Shown piece after piece: positions 9,138 to 19,416 of a stretch of DNA of 64,000 nt. Source of the DNA: Candidatus Doudnabacteria bacterium (GTDB lineage: Bacteria; Patescibacteriota; Doudnabacteria; UBA920); contig JARLHZ010000034.1 in the NCBI GenBank assembly GCA_031291995.1, positions 78,915 to 142,914 on the forward strand. Reading direction: 5' to 3'. Below the pieces are notes generated by a model that did not search any database, was not told where the DNA came from, and saw nothing but the letters and a program-made list of their open reading frames with translations. Each line of letters opens with the position of its first letter. The stretch's first letter is position 1. The position numbers and the translations under genes were made by a program.

Positions 9138-10853
9138 ATGCAAAAAAACGATTATTCCAATTTAAGCAAAGAAGAGCTCTTGAAAATAGTTGAGAAGCTT
9201 GAGTCTCGAAAAAAATACGGGTTAATTTGGGATGAGGAAAAAGTAAAAGAACAATTTGAAAAAGATGCCGAGAACGCGCTGCCTGTCTTAAAAGAAATAA
9301 GCAGTAAAGAAATCACTGATAAGGACTCGTCAAAGCCGGTAAATATTCTCATAGAGGGCGATAACTATCACGCCCTTTCGGTTTTAAATTTTACCCATCA
9401 GGGGAAAATAGACGTAATTTATATAGACCCACCATACAACACGGGAAATAAAACTTGGAAATACAACAACGATTATATCGAAAAAGAGGATTCCTACCGC
9501 CACAGTAAATGGCTCTCTTTCATGAATAAACGACTACGTTTGGCGAAAAATTTACTCAAAGAGGATGGTTTTATAGTAGTAACCATAGATGATTATGAAG
9601 TGTTTACTTTAGGTGTATTGTTGGATGAAATTTTTGGTGAGCAAAATCGTTTAGGGAATGTTGTTGTGATCAATAAGAAATCCGGCAGAACAACGGATAA
9701 ATTTTTTGCTACAAGCCATGAATATTACTTGTTTTATGCAAAAAATTCTGAATTTGCTAAAGTTGGAAATATGGCTGTATCTGGCGATCGCGCGGAAGAG
9801 TACACTTTTGAAGATAATATATCCAAATTTAAATATAGAGACTTTCTAAGAACTGGCGGATACTCGACTCCAGAGGAACGGCCTAATTCCTATTATCCAA
9901 TTTATTTTAATGAGCGAAAAAATATTATTTCCATTGAAAAAATTTCTGATAGCATAGAAATATGGCCGATTGATTCAAAGGGCGCAAAGAGGGTCTGGCG
10001 GAGAACACGGCCAACCCTCGTAGAAGATGTCAAAAAAGGAGACATCATAATCACAAAAAATGGAAACGGTAAATTTACGGTAAAAATTAAAGAACGGTTA
10101 AAAGAAGAAAGCAAACCAAAAACGGTTTGGGACAATCCCCAGTATGATGCGGCTAGCCACGGCACAAAATTACTTGAAAGTATACTGGGTGAATCAAGAG
10201 CTTTCGATTACCCCAAATCACTTTATGCAGTAAAAGACGCTATACGCCTCCTTCTTAACGATAAGGAGTCCCCGGTGATATTAGATTTTTTTGCCGGCTC
10301 TGGCACGACCGGACATGCTGTAATGGAATTAAATAAGGAAGATGATGGTAAGCGGGTTTTTATTTTATGTACCAATAATGAAAATAATATTTGTGACGAA
10401 GTTACACTGGAAAGGGTTAAAAAAGTTATCAGGGGTTATAAAAACAGGAGCGGCGAGCAGATTACTGGTCTTGGTGGTTCATTGAAATATTTCAAAACAA
10501 AGTTTGTAAAAAAATATTCCAACGGCGACGATTTTAAAACCCGTATAACTAACGAATGCACCGAGATGCTATGTTTACGCGAGGGCGTGTTTGATGAGAT
10601 TAAAAAAAACAATCATTATCGCATATTTCAACGTGGAAGCAAAACTCTCGCAGTTTATTATTCCCTTGCTCGGACTAGTTTACCAGACCTCAAAAAAATA
10701 CTTGAAAAAATTGAAGGCGAAAAAACGCTTTATTGTTTTACACTTGATCCGATAGGTCTCTCAAAATCTGAGTTTGTGGGTTGGCATGGCGTAACACTTG
10801 AGCCAATTCCGCAAAAAATATTAGATGTCTATAAACAAATCTATGAATATTGA
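9138..10853 (+). CDS. mod: Type III restriction-modification Mod subunit (beta-class N6-adenine DNA methyltransferase)
   Basis: 571 aa. Motif IV (IDVIYIDPPYNTGN) precedes motif I (FFAGSGTTGHAV), which is the beta-class order. It overlaps the downstream res gene. Confidence 0.8.
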   Translation: MQKNDYSNLSKEELLKIVEKLESRKKYGLIWDEEKVKEQFEKDAENALPVLKEISSKEITDKDSSKPVNILIEGDNYHALSVLNFTHQGKIDVIYIDPPYNTGNKTWKYNNDYIEKEDSYRHSKWLSFMNKRLRLAKNLLKEDGFIVVTIDDYEVFTLGVLLDEIFGEQNRLGNVVVINKKSGRTTDKFFATSHEYYLFYAKNSEFAKVGNMAVSGDRAEEYTFEDNISKFKYRDFLRTGGYSTPEERPNSYYPIYFNERKNIISIEKISDSIEIWPIDSKGAKRVWRRTRPTLVEDVKKGDIIITKNGNGKFTVKIKERLKEESKPKTVWDNPQYDAASHGTKLLESILGESRAFDYPKSLYAVKDAIRLLLNDKESPVILDFFAGSGTTGHAVMELNKEDDGKRVFILCTNNENNICDEVTLERVKKVIRGYKNRSGEQITGLGGSLKYFKTKFVKKYSNGDDFKTRITNECTEMLCLREGVFDEIKKNNHYRIFQRGSKTLAVYYSLARTSLPDLKKILEKIEGEKTLYCFTLDPIGLSKSEFVGWHGVTLEPIPQKILDVYKQIYEY

Positions 10854-13188
10854 TCTTAAACCGTATCAAGAAAAAGCTGTTAACCAGCTCATAGAAACAA
10901 CGGTGAAGCTTTTGGATTATGACGGCCCGGGCGAAGTCTGTGTGTTCCAGGCCCCTACCGGCTCCGGCAAAACCATTATGCTTGCCAAGTATATTGAGGC
11001 TCTTATTAAAGAGCTTCCGAAAGACGATTTTTGTTTTGTCTGGATGAGCATCGGTAAAGGTGAACTGCACTTACAAAGCAAACATACACTGGAAAGGGTG
11101 TTCGCTGGATTTCCCCGAGTGACCCTGGTTGAAGATGCATTCAGTGGTGGACGAGAGCGAATTGTACAAAACGAAGTTGTGGTTGCAAATTGGGAAAAAC
11201 TACGAAACAAAGAACGCGAATCAGGTGACTGGAAAAATTTGGTAATGAAGGATGGCGAAAAACTGAATTTTCGGGACGTTCTTGAAAAAACTAGAGAACA
11301 AAGAAAGATTATACTCATTATCGACGAAAGCCATGTTAGTGCCGATACTAAACGGGCTAACGAACTTCGCGACTTGATTGGTGCCGACATAGTAGTGGAG
11401 ATGTCCGCTACTCCCCGCCGACCACAACAAGAATTAAATTTTACGCAAGAACTTGCGCGGGGTGGCGCCGGCTACGTTATTGTCGAGCCAAAAGACGTGA
11501 TTGATGAGGGAATGATTAAAAAAGAAATAATCATCAACGAAGATATCGAAAAAATTGCCGCTTCTGAGGAAGATTCTCAATCGGCCGTACTGGAAGCCGC
11601 GTATAGGAAACGATCGGAGCTAAAAAAGATGTTTGTCAAAGAAGGCTCGAACATTAATCCTCTGGTATTGGTGCAAATACCCACAGCTGAGGCCGGTGAG
11701 CAAAAGATTGAAGCGGTTAAAAAATTCCTTGATGAAAAAGGGATTAATGAACGTAAAAATGGCCACGGCAACGGTAAGTTGGCAATTTGGCTTTCCGAAC
11801 AAAAATCAGAACTTATTGATTGGATCGCCGAACCAGATAACGAAATTGAGTTCCTAATTTTTAAGCAGGCTATCGATACTGGCTGGGACTGTCCCCGCGC
11901 CCATATTCTTATTAAATTTCGCGAAACTCATAATATTGTGTTTGAAATCCAGACAGTCGGTCGCATTTTGCGTATGCCAGAACAGAGACACTATAATAAT
12001 GAAGCCCTCAATCGCGGTTATATCTATACCAACCTGAAGTCCATTGAAGTTAAGAAAGAAGAATATAATCCCAATATTATTAAGCATTTACGCGCCAGTC
12101 GTGTTGCCGGTTATAAACCGATTCAGATTGAATCGTATTACAAAGCCCGAGCAGATTATGGTGATGTTACGTCCAGTTTTCACCATGTGCTTGAAAAAAT
12201 TGCAGATCAATATTTTGGGACTTCCAGGAAAAACAGTTACGCGGAAAATGTTAAAAAGGTTGGATCTAAGGGTGTTGATTTAAATATAAAAAAATACCAG
12301 CAGGAGCTCATAGCGGATACCCATTTGGATGTAAAGAACTTTGACGAACTTGAAGGCAAGCTGGGTGCCGAAGGTTTTGCCAAACTCCAGGTCGCGGCCG
12401 ACGAGCTTATGGTCTTTTTTGAGCAGACAATAAAAAATAATCTTGGTCCCTTCAAAAACGTTAAACGTTCAGTGCCTGCGGTAAAGACCGCCATCTATAT
12501 TTGGTTCCGTGAAGTGCTTGGTTCGGAAAGTTGGGGTGAGAATGACTTGTTTATGGCGCAGAAGATTTTTTTGCATGACAAAAACCGCGGTTATTTCGAA
12601 CACATTCTTGCTACGGCCATAGATCGCTACAAGGCTGTTAAGGAGCAGGAAGTACGGGAACGCATTGAAGAAAGTGAGCAGCGGAATCCATTTGAGCTTC
12701 GCCCCGAGCAATTTTATAATGAATACACTGATGAAATTATAAAGTCTAAAAAGTATGCTTATGAGCCGTGCTATTTAAGCGTGGATCGTTCTAAGCCGGA
12801 ACGAGAATTTGAAAATTTTTTAAATGAACATTCTTCTCAGATTGACTGGTGGTGGAAGAATGGCGAAAACAAACAGGATTATTTTGGCATCAAATACGAA
12901 TACGTCGGCGGTATTTATACATTCTACCCCGATTACCTTGTAAAATTGGCTGATGGCCGCCTTGGGCTTTTTGAAGTTAAAGAAGCCGGTGACCGTGACG
13001 GTAAAACATACACCAAAGCTAAAGCCGAGGCTTTACAAAAATATATTTCCGGCCAAAAAAATAAGAAACTTTTTGGTGGTATTGTGATTGAAAGGAATAA
13101 GGCCTGGTATATAAATAATGGCAATACTTATCATTGGGAAAAATGCGAAGAAGATGACTGGAGCGATTGGAATATACTGAAAATATAG
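10825..13188 (+). CDS. res: Type III restriction endonuclease Res subunit (SF2 helicase plus PD-ExK nuclease)
   Basis: 787 aa. It has Walker A QAPTGSGKT, motif II DESH, and a C-terminal PD...EVK nuclease motif (FYPDYLV...GLFEVKE). Confidence 0.8.
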   Translation: MSINKSMNIDLKPYQEKAVNQLIETTVKLLDYDGPGEVCVFQAPTGSGKTIMLAKYIEALIKELPKDDFCFVWMSIGKGELHLQSKHTLERVFAGFPRVTLVEDAFSGGRERIVQNEVVVANWEKLRNKERESGDWKNLVMKDGEKLNFRDVLEKTREQRKIILIIDESHVSADTKRANELRDLIGADIVVEMSATPRRPQQELNFTQELARGGAGYVIVEPKDVIDEGMIKKEIIINEDIEKIAASEEDSQSAVLEAAYRKRSELKKMFVKEGSNINPLVLVQIPTAEAGEQKIEAVKKFLDEKGINERKNGHGNGKLAIWLSEQKSELIDWIAEPDNEIEFLIFKQAIDTGWDCPRAHILIKFRETHNIVFEIQTVGRILRMPEQRHYNNEALNRGYIYTNLKSIEVKKEEYNPNIIKHLRASRVAGYKPIQIESYYKARADYGDVTSSFHHVLEKIADQYFGTSRKNSYAENVKKVGSKGVDLNIKKYQQELIADTHLDVKNFDELEGKLGAEGFAKLQVAADELMVFFEQTIKNNLGPFKNVKRSVPAVKTAIYIWFREVLGSESWGENDLFMAQKIFLHDKNRGYFEHILATAIDRYKAVKEQEVRERIEESEQRNPFELRPEQFYNEYTDEIIKSKKYAYEPCYLSVDRSKPEREFENFLNEHSSQIDWWWKNGENKQDYFGIKYEYVGGIYTFYPDYLVKLADGRLGLFEVKEAGDRDGKTYTKAKAEALQKYISGQKNKKLFGGIVIERNKAWYINNGNTYHWEKCEEDDWSDWNILKI

Positions 13189-13204
13189 GTAAGTAAAATA
13201 TTTT

Positions 13205-13233
13205 AAAACGCCCGGCAAAACCAGGCGTTTTAA
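13205..13233. terminator. Bidirectional hairpin terminator between res and the terminase fragment
   Basis: AAAACGCC...GGCGTTTT stem followed by a T-run. Confidence 0.5.
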
Positions 13234-13266
13234 TTTATTGTAGTAAAGTTTTATTATTCCCGAGGA

Positions 13267-13656
13267 TTAAAACTCCAAGTCCAGCACGCATCCTTTGCCT
13301 TGTTCAAAAATCATAATGCCGCAGTATGGTTTGACATTGTCGCCAGACATGACTTGACCAATCATCAGAGTCGTTGCTTCTACCAAATCATCATGCGCTT
13401 CTGTCCCGAACCCAAGAATTTGCTGCATCAGCGCCTCCGCACCTTTTCTTGGGAAAAGTACCACGCCCTGCTTGATGTAATGACTGACGCCAATAAGCCG
13501 GTCTTCCTTGCTGTCGGATACGTTTATAGGCTCAACAGGATACTTGGCGTTAGTTAAAACTTCCGCCAGCACGCCCTGGTAGCCGTTGGATTCTATGCAT
13601 AATTTACTATGCCAGCCGCGGACCAATTGGTCAGAAAGCAGCTTTAGCCGATACAA
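13267..13656 (-). pseudogene. Phage terminase large-subunit C-terminal (nuclease domain) fragment
   Basis: 129 aa. It ends with GFGTEAHDDLVEATTLMIGQV, which resembles the conserved hDDlvDA tail of terminase large subunits. No N-terminal ATPase domain lies upstream. Confidence 0.45.
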
Positions 13657-13798
13657 AGGGGTCAGGAGCCTTTTTTGATAATTAGTGAATTATTTTTTGT
13701 GGTATAATATTAAACTATGAATTCTTACAAAGAAGGGGATATTTATTATGGTTTTCGGGAGGGTGATGGCTTGTAGGATGCTTTAAAAATTTTAAAAT

Positions 13799-14479
13799 AT
13801 GGATAAACAATTTAAAGTTATAGATTTAACCCATACTCTTGCCGCTAATATTCCTTCCTGGGACGGGACCGGCGGGTTTGGGCTGGAGATTGATACGGAT
13901 TATAAGGATTGCGTGGCGCCGAATTTGTTTCGGACGCAGAAGATTGTTTCTAATGCAGGGATGGGTACGCACATGGACGCGCCGGCGCATGTTATACCCG
14001 GCGGCAGGACAATTGATCTTCTAAAATCTGATGAGTTAGTTGTCGATTGTATAGTGGTAGATGTTATTTCTAAATCCTACGATAATTATTTGGTAATGCC
14101 GGAAGTCATCGAAGAATTCGAAAAAGCTCATGACCAAATCCCGGCGGGAAGCTTTGTAATTTTTTATACCGGCTGGAGCAAGTTTTGGGAGACTCCAAAA
14201 AAATACCACAACGACCATAAATTTCCTGGCGTGCACTCATCGACTGCGGATATTTTAGTTACCCGAAACGTGGCGGGCGTGGGCATAGATACATTATCGT
14301 GCGATCGGGGAGACGCGGGGTTTCCAGTGCATCACGCCATTTTGGGTGCCAACAAATACCTGGTGGAAAATATTGCCAACGCAAACTTACTGCCGCCCAC
14401 CGGCGCGAAAATTTTGGTTTTGCCGATGAATATTAAAGATGCCACCGAAGCGCCTATCCGGTTAATCGCGTTGGTTTAA
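13799..14479 (+). CDS. Cyclase-family protein (kynurenine formamidase-like, PF04199)
   Basis: 226 aa with HxGTHxDAPxH (GMGTHMDAPAHV). The upstream promoter TTGTGGTATAAT is an extended -10. Confidence 0.8.
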   Translation: MDKQFKVIDLTHTLAANIPSWDGTGGFGLEIDTDYKDCVAPNLFRTQKIVSNAGMGTHMDAPAHVIPGGRTIDLLKSDELVVDCIVVDVISKSYDNYLVMPEVIEEFEKAHDQIPAGSFVIFYTGWSKFWETPKKYHNDHKFPGVHSSTADILVTRNVAGVGIDTLSCDRGDAGFPVHHAILGANKYLVENIANANLLPPTGAKILVLPMNIKDATEAPIRLIALV

Positions 14480-14557
14480 TATTGAACCCCGAATGGTGAC
14501 AGTGATTTTGGTTACAAATTTTTAATTTGATTTATCCACAAGCAAATATTCCCACTA

Positions 14558-14590
14558 AAGTCCCTATAATCGGGACTGTTTTTGTTTTTT
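14558..14590 (+). terminator. Rho-independent terminator for the cyclase gene
   Basis: AGTCCC-TATAATC-GGGACT hairpin followed by TTTTTGTTTTTT. Confidence 0.6.
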
Positions 14591-14744
14591 GTAGCGGTTT
14601 GACAAAATGCTGTAAACTTTGCATAATTAAAATGCCAGGTTAAATTCAGGATAGAAATCAAAATTCTTATTATAGGCCAAAGAGCCAGTTATATGTAACT
14701 CTGGTAATTGTTTTGTAATTGGCAAGAAAAATAGAAAAAATAAA

Positions 14745-16601
14745 TTGCTAAAACAAATGATTCGGGGGCTGGGGGTCAGTAAAATTGACGGTCAAATAGC
14801 GCTGCTATATCGGGATTCCGAGGATTCCGGGAAAATTTTTGTCGCCAAAAGTTCGGACGGTTTTACTTTCGGCAAGGAGATTGACGCAGTTAGCATGGCA
14901 AAGAGCGCGGCTGTAAAATTTTCGGCCGAAACTGTAGGCAACATCCGCGCTGCCGACGGCGTGCGCGGTTTTTTTATAACTTTTACAGCCGAGCAAAATA
15001 AAAATTTGGGTTTGTATTCGGCCGCCGGCTCAACGCTCCTAAAATGGAAAAGTTTAAAACACGCGTCTAAATCCGTTTTGAGTTGGCCGGCGGCAATAGT
15101 CCCGGATTATGTTTTTGAGCGCCGAAAAATCGCCTACGTCGGGAACGAAAACATCCACATTGCCGCAGCCTCTTCAACCGGCGATTGGAAAATTAGCGGG
15201 CAAGCGCTGCTTACGCCCCGAAAGGATTTTTTTGACGACGGGTCGCTGACCGTGGGGCAGGCCAGACTAATTGACCAGGGAATTGTGGTAACTTATTTCA
15301 GCCGCCGGTCGTGGGACGGCCACTCGAGCCAGGCCATTGGCGCGGCGTTGTTTGATGCCAAAGATCCCGCCAAGCTTTTATGGCGCTCGTCGTATCCGCT
15401 ATGGGAACAGCCCGAAAGCTGGCAGGGCAAAAAACTTTATTTAATTGGCGAATGCGAACTGGATGATATTTTTTTGGTCTTTTGGGGCGACGAACAAACC
15501 GGGGAAATTTTTTGCGTAAAGTTTTCCGCCAAAAGCTTTCCCGAAGGCACGCGCTACGAGCCGAGGCACCATCCGCTGGCTTTAAAACGGCACGATAAAA
15601 ATCCCGTGCTAAAACCTAAACCCGAAAACGCTTGGGAAAGTAAGGCCGCGTTTAACCCAGCTGCTTTTTACGCCGAAGGCCGCGTGCATTTAATTTACCG
15701 CGCTATTGGCGACAGCGATATGTCGGTGTTCGGTTACGCTTCCAGCGGCGACGGCCTGCATTTTAACGAGCGTTTAAACCAGCCGATTTACGCGCCGCGA
15801 AAAAGTTTTGAGGGCGCGAGTTTGAACATGATAACTGACCGCGGCAACAGCCCGTTTATGTCCGGCGGCGGGGGCTGGGGCGGCTGTGAAGACCCGCGGG
15901 TCTCATTAATCGGCGACACTTTGTATATGACTTACGTCGCGTTCGACGGCGCCAATCCTCCGCGCGTGGCCTTAACTTCCATCGCCCTGCGGGATTTTTT
16001 AAATCATTACTGGCACTGGAAAGATCCGGTTTTGATTTCGCCCTACCTGCCCGGCGAAGGAAATAAAAACGCGTGCATTTTGCCGGAAACCATAAACGGA
16101 AAGTATGTGATTTTCCACCGGCTGTTTCCCGACATTTTACTTGATTATGTGGACGATTTGGAATTTGATGGGCAAAGCAAGTGGCTTTCGTCCGGACAGC
16201 ACCGCATAAAACCAAGCCGAAGCCACTGGGATTCGCGGAAAATCGGCGCCGGCGCAACGCCAATAAAGACTGACGAGGGATGGCTGATGATTTATCAGGC
16301 CGTAGGCTTCCAGAACCCCAGCCAATACAAAATCGGCGCCATGCTTTTGGATTTGGAACATCCGGAAAAAGTTATCGCGCGTTCCACTGTGCCGGTGCTT
16401 CAGCCGGAAGCCTGGTACGAGAACGAAGGGTGGAAGTACGGAGTGGTTTACCCGTGCGGCGCGGCTACGATAGGGGACGAATTGTTTGTTTATTATGGCG
16501 GTGCCGATACCTATACCTGCGCGGCTAAAACTTATTTGCCCGATTTTTTGCGACACCTCTTGCGCCACCAGCCTGCTCAGTTGAGTTCGGTAATATTATA
16601 A
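14745..16601 (+). CDS. Tandem-domain GH130-like (DUF377) glycosidase or glycoside phosphorylase
   Basis: 618 aa. The C-terminal half has ENAWESKAAFNPAA, HLIYRAIG, GGCEDPRV and YGGAD. The N-terminal half is a divergent copy of the same fold. GC is about 58% by eye. Confidence 0.7.
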   Translation: MLKQMIRGLGVSKIDGQIALLYRDSEDSGKIFVAKSSDGFTFGKEIDAVSMAKSAAVKFSAETVGNIRAADGVRGFFITFTAEQNKNLGLYSAAGSTLLKWKSLKHASKSVLSWPAAIVPDYVFERRKIAYVGNENIHIAAASSTGDWKISGQALLTPRKDFFDDGSLTVGQARLIDQGIVVTYFSRRSWDGHSSQAIGAALFDAKDPAKLLWRSSYPLWEQPESWQGKKLYLIGECELDDIFLVFWGDEQTGEIFCVKFSAKSFPEGTRYEPRHHPLALKRHDKNPVLKPKPENAWESKAAFNPAAFYAEGRVHLIYRAIGDSDMSVFGYASSGDGLHFNERLNQPIYAPRKSFEGASLNMITDRGNSPFMSGGGGWGGCEDPRVSLIGDTLYMTYVAFDGANPPRVALTSIALRDFLNHYWHWKDPVLISPYLPGEGNKNACILPETINGKYVIFHRLFPDILLDYVDDLEFDGQSKWLSSGQHRIKPSRSHWDSRKIGAGATPIKTDEGWLMIYQAVGFQNPSQYKIGAMLLDLEHPEKVIARSTVPVLQPEAWYENEGWKYGVVYPCGAATIGDELFVYYGGADTYTCAAKTYLPDFLRHLLRHQPAQLSSVIL

Positions 16602-16675
16602 ATTCCGGATTCCGGCTCGGAGGCCGGGATGACGGAAAGTCATTTTGAGATAACTTCATGTTATAATTATATTCT

Positions 16676-18568
16676 ATGCTCCAGGCCGAACGCTCAAAAA
16701 ATAATCCGCTCCTGTTACCGGACCCCAATCATCCCTGGGAAGCCGAGGCGGCTTTTAACGGCTGTCCGGTTAAGGACGGCGGGAATTACCATATGGTCTA
16801 CCGCGCGTTGTCCGGTCCGCATAACATAGGCGGAGTAAACTTAAAATTATCCACCGTCGGATGCGCGGATAGTCCGGATGGCGAGAGTTTCCATAGCCGC
16901 CGGCAATTAATTGTGCCGGAACAGTCCTGGGAAAAATTCGGCTGCGAAGATCCGCGCGTTACAAAAATAGGCAATGAATATTATATTTTTTACACCGCAT
17001 TGGGCGAATATCCGTTCCGCGCCTCTGGTATAAAAGTCGCTCTGGCCAAAAGTAAAGATTTAAAAAACATAAGCGACAAGTATTTAATTACGCCGTTTAA
17101 CGCCAAGGCTATGTCGCTGTTCCCGGAAAAAATAAACGACAAATTTATGGCGGTGTTTACCGCGCATACCGATTCGCCGCCGGCGAGGTTGTGTTTGGCC
17201 ACGTTTGAAAATGAGCAGGATATGTGGTCACCGGCATTTTGGGAAAAGTGGCAGGAAAACTTGGAAGATCATTCGTTGTTTATTAAACGGCGCATGCATG
17301 ACCACGCGGAAATTGGCGCGCCGCCCATCAAAACCAAAGACGGCTGGCTGTTGGTATTTTCTTACATCCAAAATTACCTGACCCCGCCGGCCACTTTTGG
17401 CATAGAAGCTGTCCTGCTGGATTTGGAAAACCCCTATAAAATTATCGGCCGCACCCTGGAGCCTTTTTTGGTGCCGCGCGAAAATTATGAATTGCACGGA
17501 CAGGTGCCGAACATTGTCTTTCCCAGCGGGGCGCTTTTGGAAGGCAATGAATTAAAAATTTATTACGGGGGCGCCGATACCAATTGCTGCGCGGCCAGCC
17601 TGGACGCGTCCGCCTTGCTTAAGCTTATGAAGCAAAACGGCGCGCCCATTGCCAAACTGCGCCGTTACGGCAATAATCCCATTTTGGCGCCCAATACCAA
17701 GCACGCCTGGGAAGATCGCGCCGTGTTTAATCCCGCCGCGCTGTATGATGACGGTAAAGTTCACCTGCTTTACCGCGCCATGGGGCTGGATAATACGTCC
17801 GTGTTCGGTTACGCGAAAAGTTACGACGGGTTTAAGTTTGACGATCGCTTTCCGGAGCCGGCCTATGTGCCCAGGGCCAAGTTTGAGCAAAAACTTAATG
17901 TTGGGGGGAATTCGGGATGCGAAGACCCGCGGCTGACCAAAATCAGTGAAACGATTTATGTTTGCTATACGGCTTACGACGGCAAAAATCCGCCGCGCGT
18001 CGCACTGTCATCGATTTCGGTTAAAGATTTTCTCGTCGGCGTTTGGCGGTGGTCGGAACCGGTGCTTATTTCGCCTCCGGGCGTGGACGATAAAGATGCC
18101 GCGCTGTTTCCGGAAAAAATTAACGGCAAGTTCGGCGTTCTGCACCGCATAGGGGAGTGTATTTTTTTGGATTTTGTCCCGGATTTTAATTTTGGCGGGG
18201 AAAAATGGCTGCAGGGAAATATATTAATGCGGCCGCGGCCGGGAATGTGGGACAGTATAAAAATCGGCACGGCCGCGCCGCCGCTTAAAACTCCCCGCGG
18301 TTGGCTCCTGCTTTACCATGGCGTGTCCGAACATCATAAATATCGCGTCGGCGCGGCGCTGCTGGATTTAAATAATCCCATGAAAGTTTTGGCGCGCACG
18401 GACGAACCGATATTTGAACCGGAAATGCCTTATGAAAAAAACGGCCAAATTCCCATGGTGGTTTTCCCCTGCGGCGCCGTGATAATCGATGATAAATTGT
18501 TCGTCTACTACGGCGGCGCGGATACGGTTATTGGCGTTGCCACGGCAAAGTTGGGGGAGATTATTTAG
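16676..18568 (+). CDS. Tandem-domain GH130-like (DUF377) glycosidase or glycoside phosphorylase, paralogue of the upstream gene
   Basis: 630 aa. Both halves carry the motifs FNG/FNPAA, YRA, GCEDPR and YYGGAD. Confidence 0.75.
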   Translation: MLQAERSKNNPLLLPDPNHPWEAEAAFNGCPVKDGGNYHMVYRALSGPHNIGGVNLKLSTVGCADSPDGESFHSRRQLIVPEQSWEKFGCEDPRVTKIGNEYYIFYTALGEYPFRASGIKVALAKSKDLKNISDKYLITPFNAKAMSLFPEKINDKFMAVFTAHTDSPPARLCLATFENEQDMWSPAFWEKWQENLEDHSLFIKRRMHDHAEIGAPPIKTKDGWLLVFSYIQNYLTPPATFGIEAVLLDLENPYKIIGRTLEPFLVPRENYELHGQVPNIVFPSGALLEGNELKIYYGGADTNCCAASLDASALLKLMKQNGAPIAKLRRYGNNPILAPNTKHAWEDRAVFNPAALYDDGKVHLLYRAMGLDNTSVFGYAKSYDGFKFDDRFPEPAYVPRAKFEQKLNVGGNSGCEDPRLTKISETIYVCYTAYDGKNPPRVALSSISVKDFLVGVWRWSEPVLISPPGVDDKDAALFPEKINGKFGVLHRIGECIFLDFVPDFNFGGEKWLQGNILMRPRPGMWDSIKIGTAAPPLKTPRGWLLLYHGVSEHHKYRVGAALLDLNNPMKVLARTDEPIFEPEMPYEKNGQIPMVVFPCGAVIIDDKLFVYYGGADTVIGVATAKLGEII

Positions 18569-18571
18569 GGG

Positions 18572-18700
18572 CAAGTATGTAAGTAAACAAGTATGTAAGT
18601 ACGTAAGTACGTAAGTAAACAAGGATACAAGCGCGCCTTTGCTTACCATACTTGTATCCTCGCATACTTACCATACTTGTATCCTTGCCTCCCGCATAAA
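18572..18700. repeat. Tandem direct repeats (CAAGTATGTAAGTA / GTACGTAAGTA) followed by their inverted copies (CTTACCATACTTGTATCC x2). Together they form a long imperfect palindrome.
   Basis: Read directly from the sequence. The GGATACAAG...CTTGTATCC hairpin lies downstream of the GH130 gene. Confidence 0.6.
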
Positions 18701-18731
18701 CTAAACTATTTTTTTATGTTAAAATAAGATA

Positions 18732-19310
18732 ATGCACAAAGTTTGGCGAGTAATTAAGTGGATTATATTTTGCGTGGGGGGACTTCTGGCAATAGACTTG
18801 GCTATTGTCATATTTTTTGGCATTTATCGTCCGCAAATACAGCCCTCGGATGACATTATAGTGTTGGGCGCGGCGGTTAACACCCCTGCCGCGTTTAACC
18901 GCAGCCAGCAAGGCCTAAAACTCTATGAGGACGGCCTGGCTAAGGCGATTGTTGTGTCCGGCGGCATAGACTATCCGCGCGGCCAAAGCGAGGCCGAATA
19001 TATGAAGCAGGCCATACTTGCCAATACCGCCGTTAACCCGCCAATAATAGTAGAAGACAAATCTTACTCGACTTATGAAAATTTGGCGAATGCCCGAGCG
19101 TTAATTGGCGCTAATTCCAGTATAATAATTGTCAGTGATGATTACCATCTGGCGCGGGCCGTCCTGCTTGCCGAGCGCCTGGGTTTTAAAAAAGTCTATT
19201 GGAGCGCCCCCTCGTCGTCGTACTATTCTCACGACGAGTTGGCCTATTATTACTTTCGCGAAGTATTTGCGATTATAGACTATTTGCCGAAATTTGTAAC
19301 TGGCAGGTAA
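18732..19310 (+). CDS. YdcF/ElyC (DUF218) family protein with an N-terminal membrane anchor
   Basis: 192 aa. It has an N-terminal TM helix and the motifs VVSGG and SYSTYENLANA typical of DUF218. Confidence 0.65.
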   Translation: MHKVWRVIKWIIFCVGGLLAIDLAIVIFFGIYRPQIQPSDDIIVLGAAVNTPAAFNRSQQGLKLYEDGLAKAIVVSGGIDYPRGQSEAEYMKQAILANTAVNPPIIVEDKSYSTYENLANARALIGANSSIIIVSDDYHLARAVLLAERLGFKKVYWSAPSSSYYSHDELAYYYFREVFAIIDYLPKFVTGR

Positions 19311-19416
19311 AAGATCCGGAACTGCGGAAATGTTCCGGAACTACAGAAAACTACGGAATGCCAATTCATTTATATCACAATAGCCTTCTTTGTTGGCCTG
19401 CTCTCCGAGCCTGAAT

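Noticed and set aside
15856-18270. Multiple minus- and plus-strand ORFs (for example 15856..16263, 16137..16568, 17552..17890, 17974..18270) inside the GH130 genes
   Set aside because: They are GC-rich antisense frames with Arg/Pro-rich low-complexity translations. The GH130 frames carry conserved motifs.
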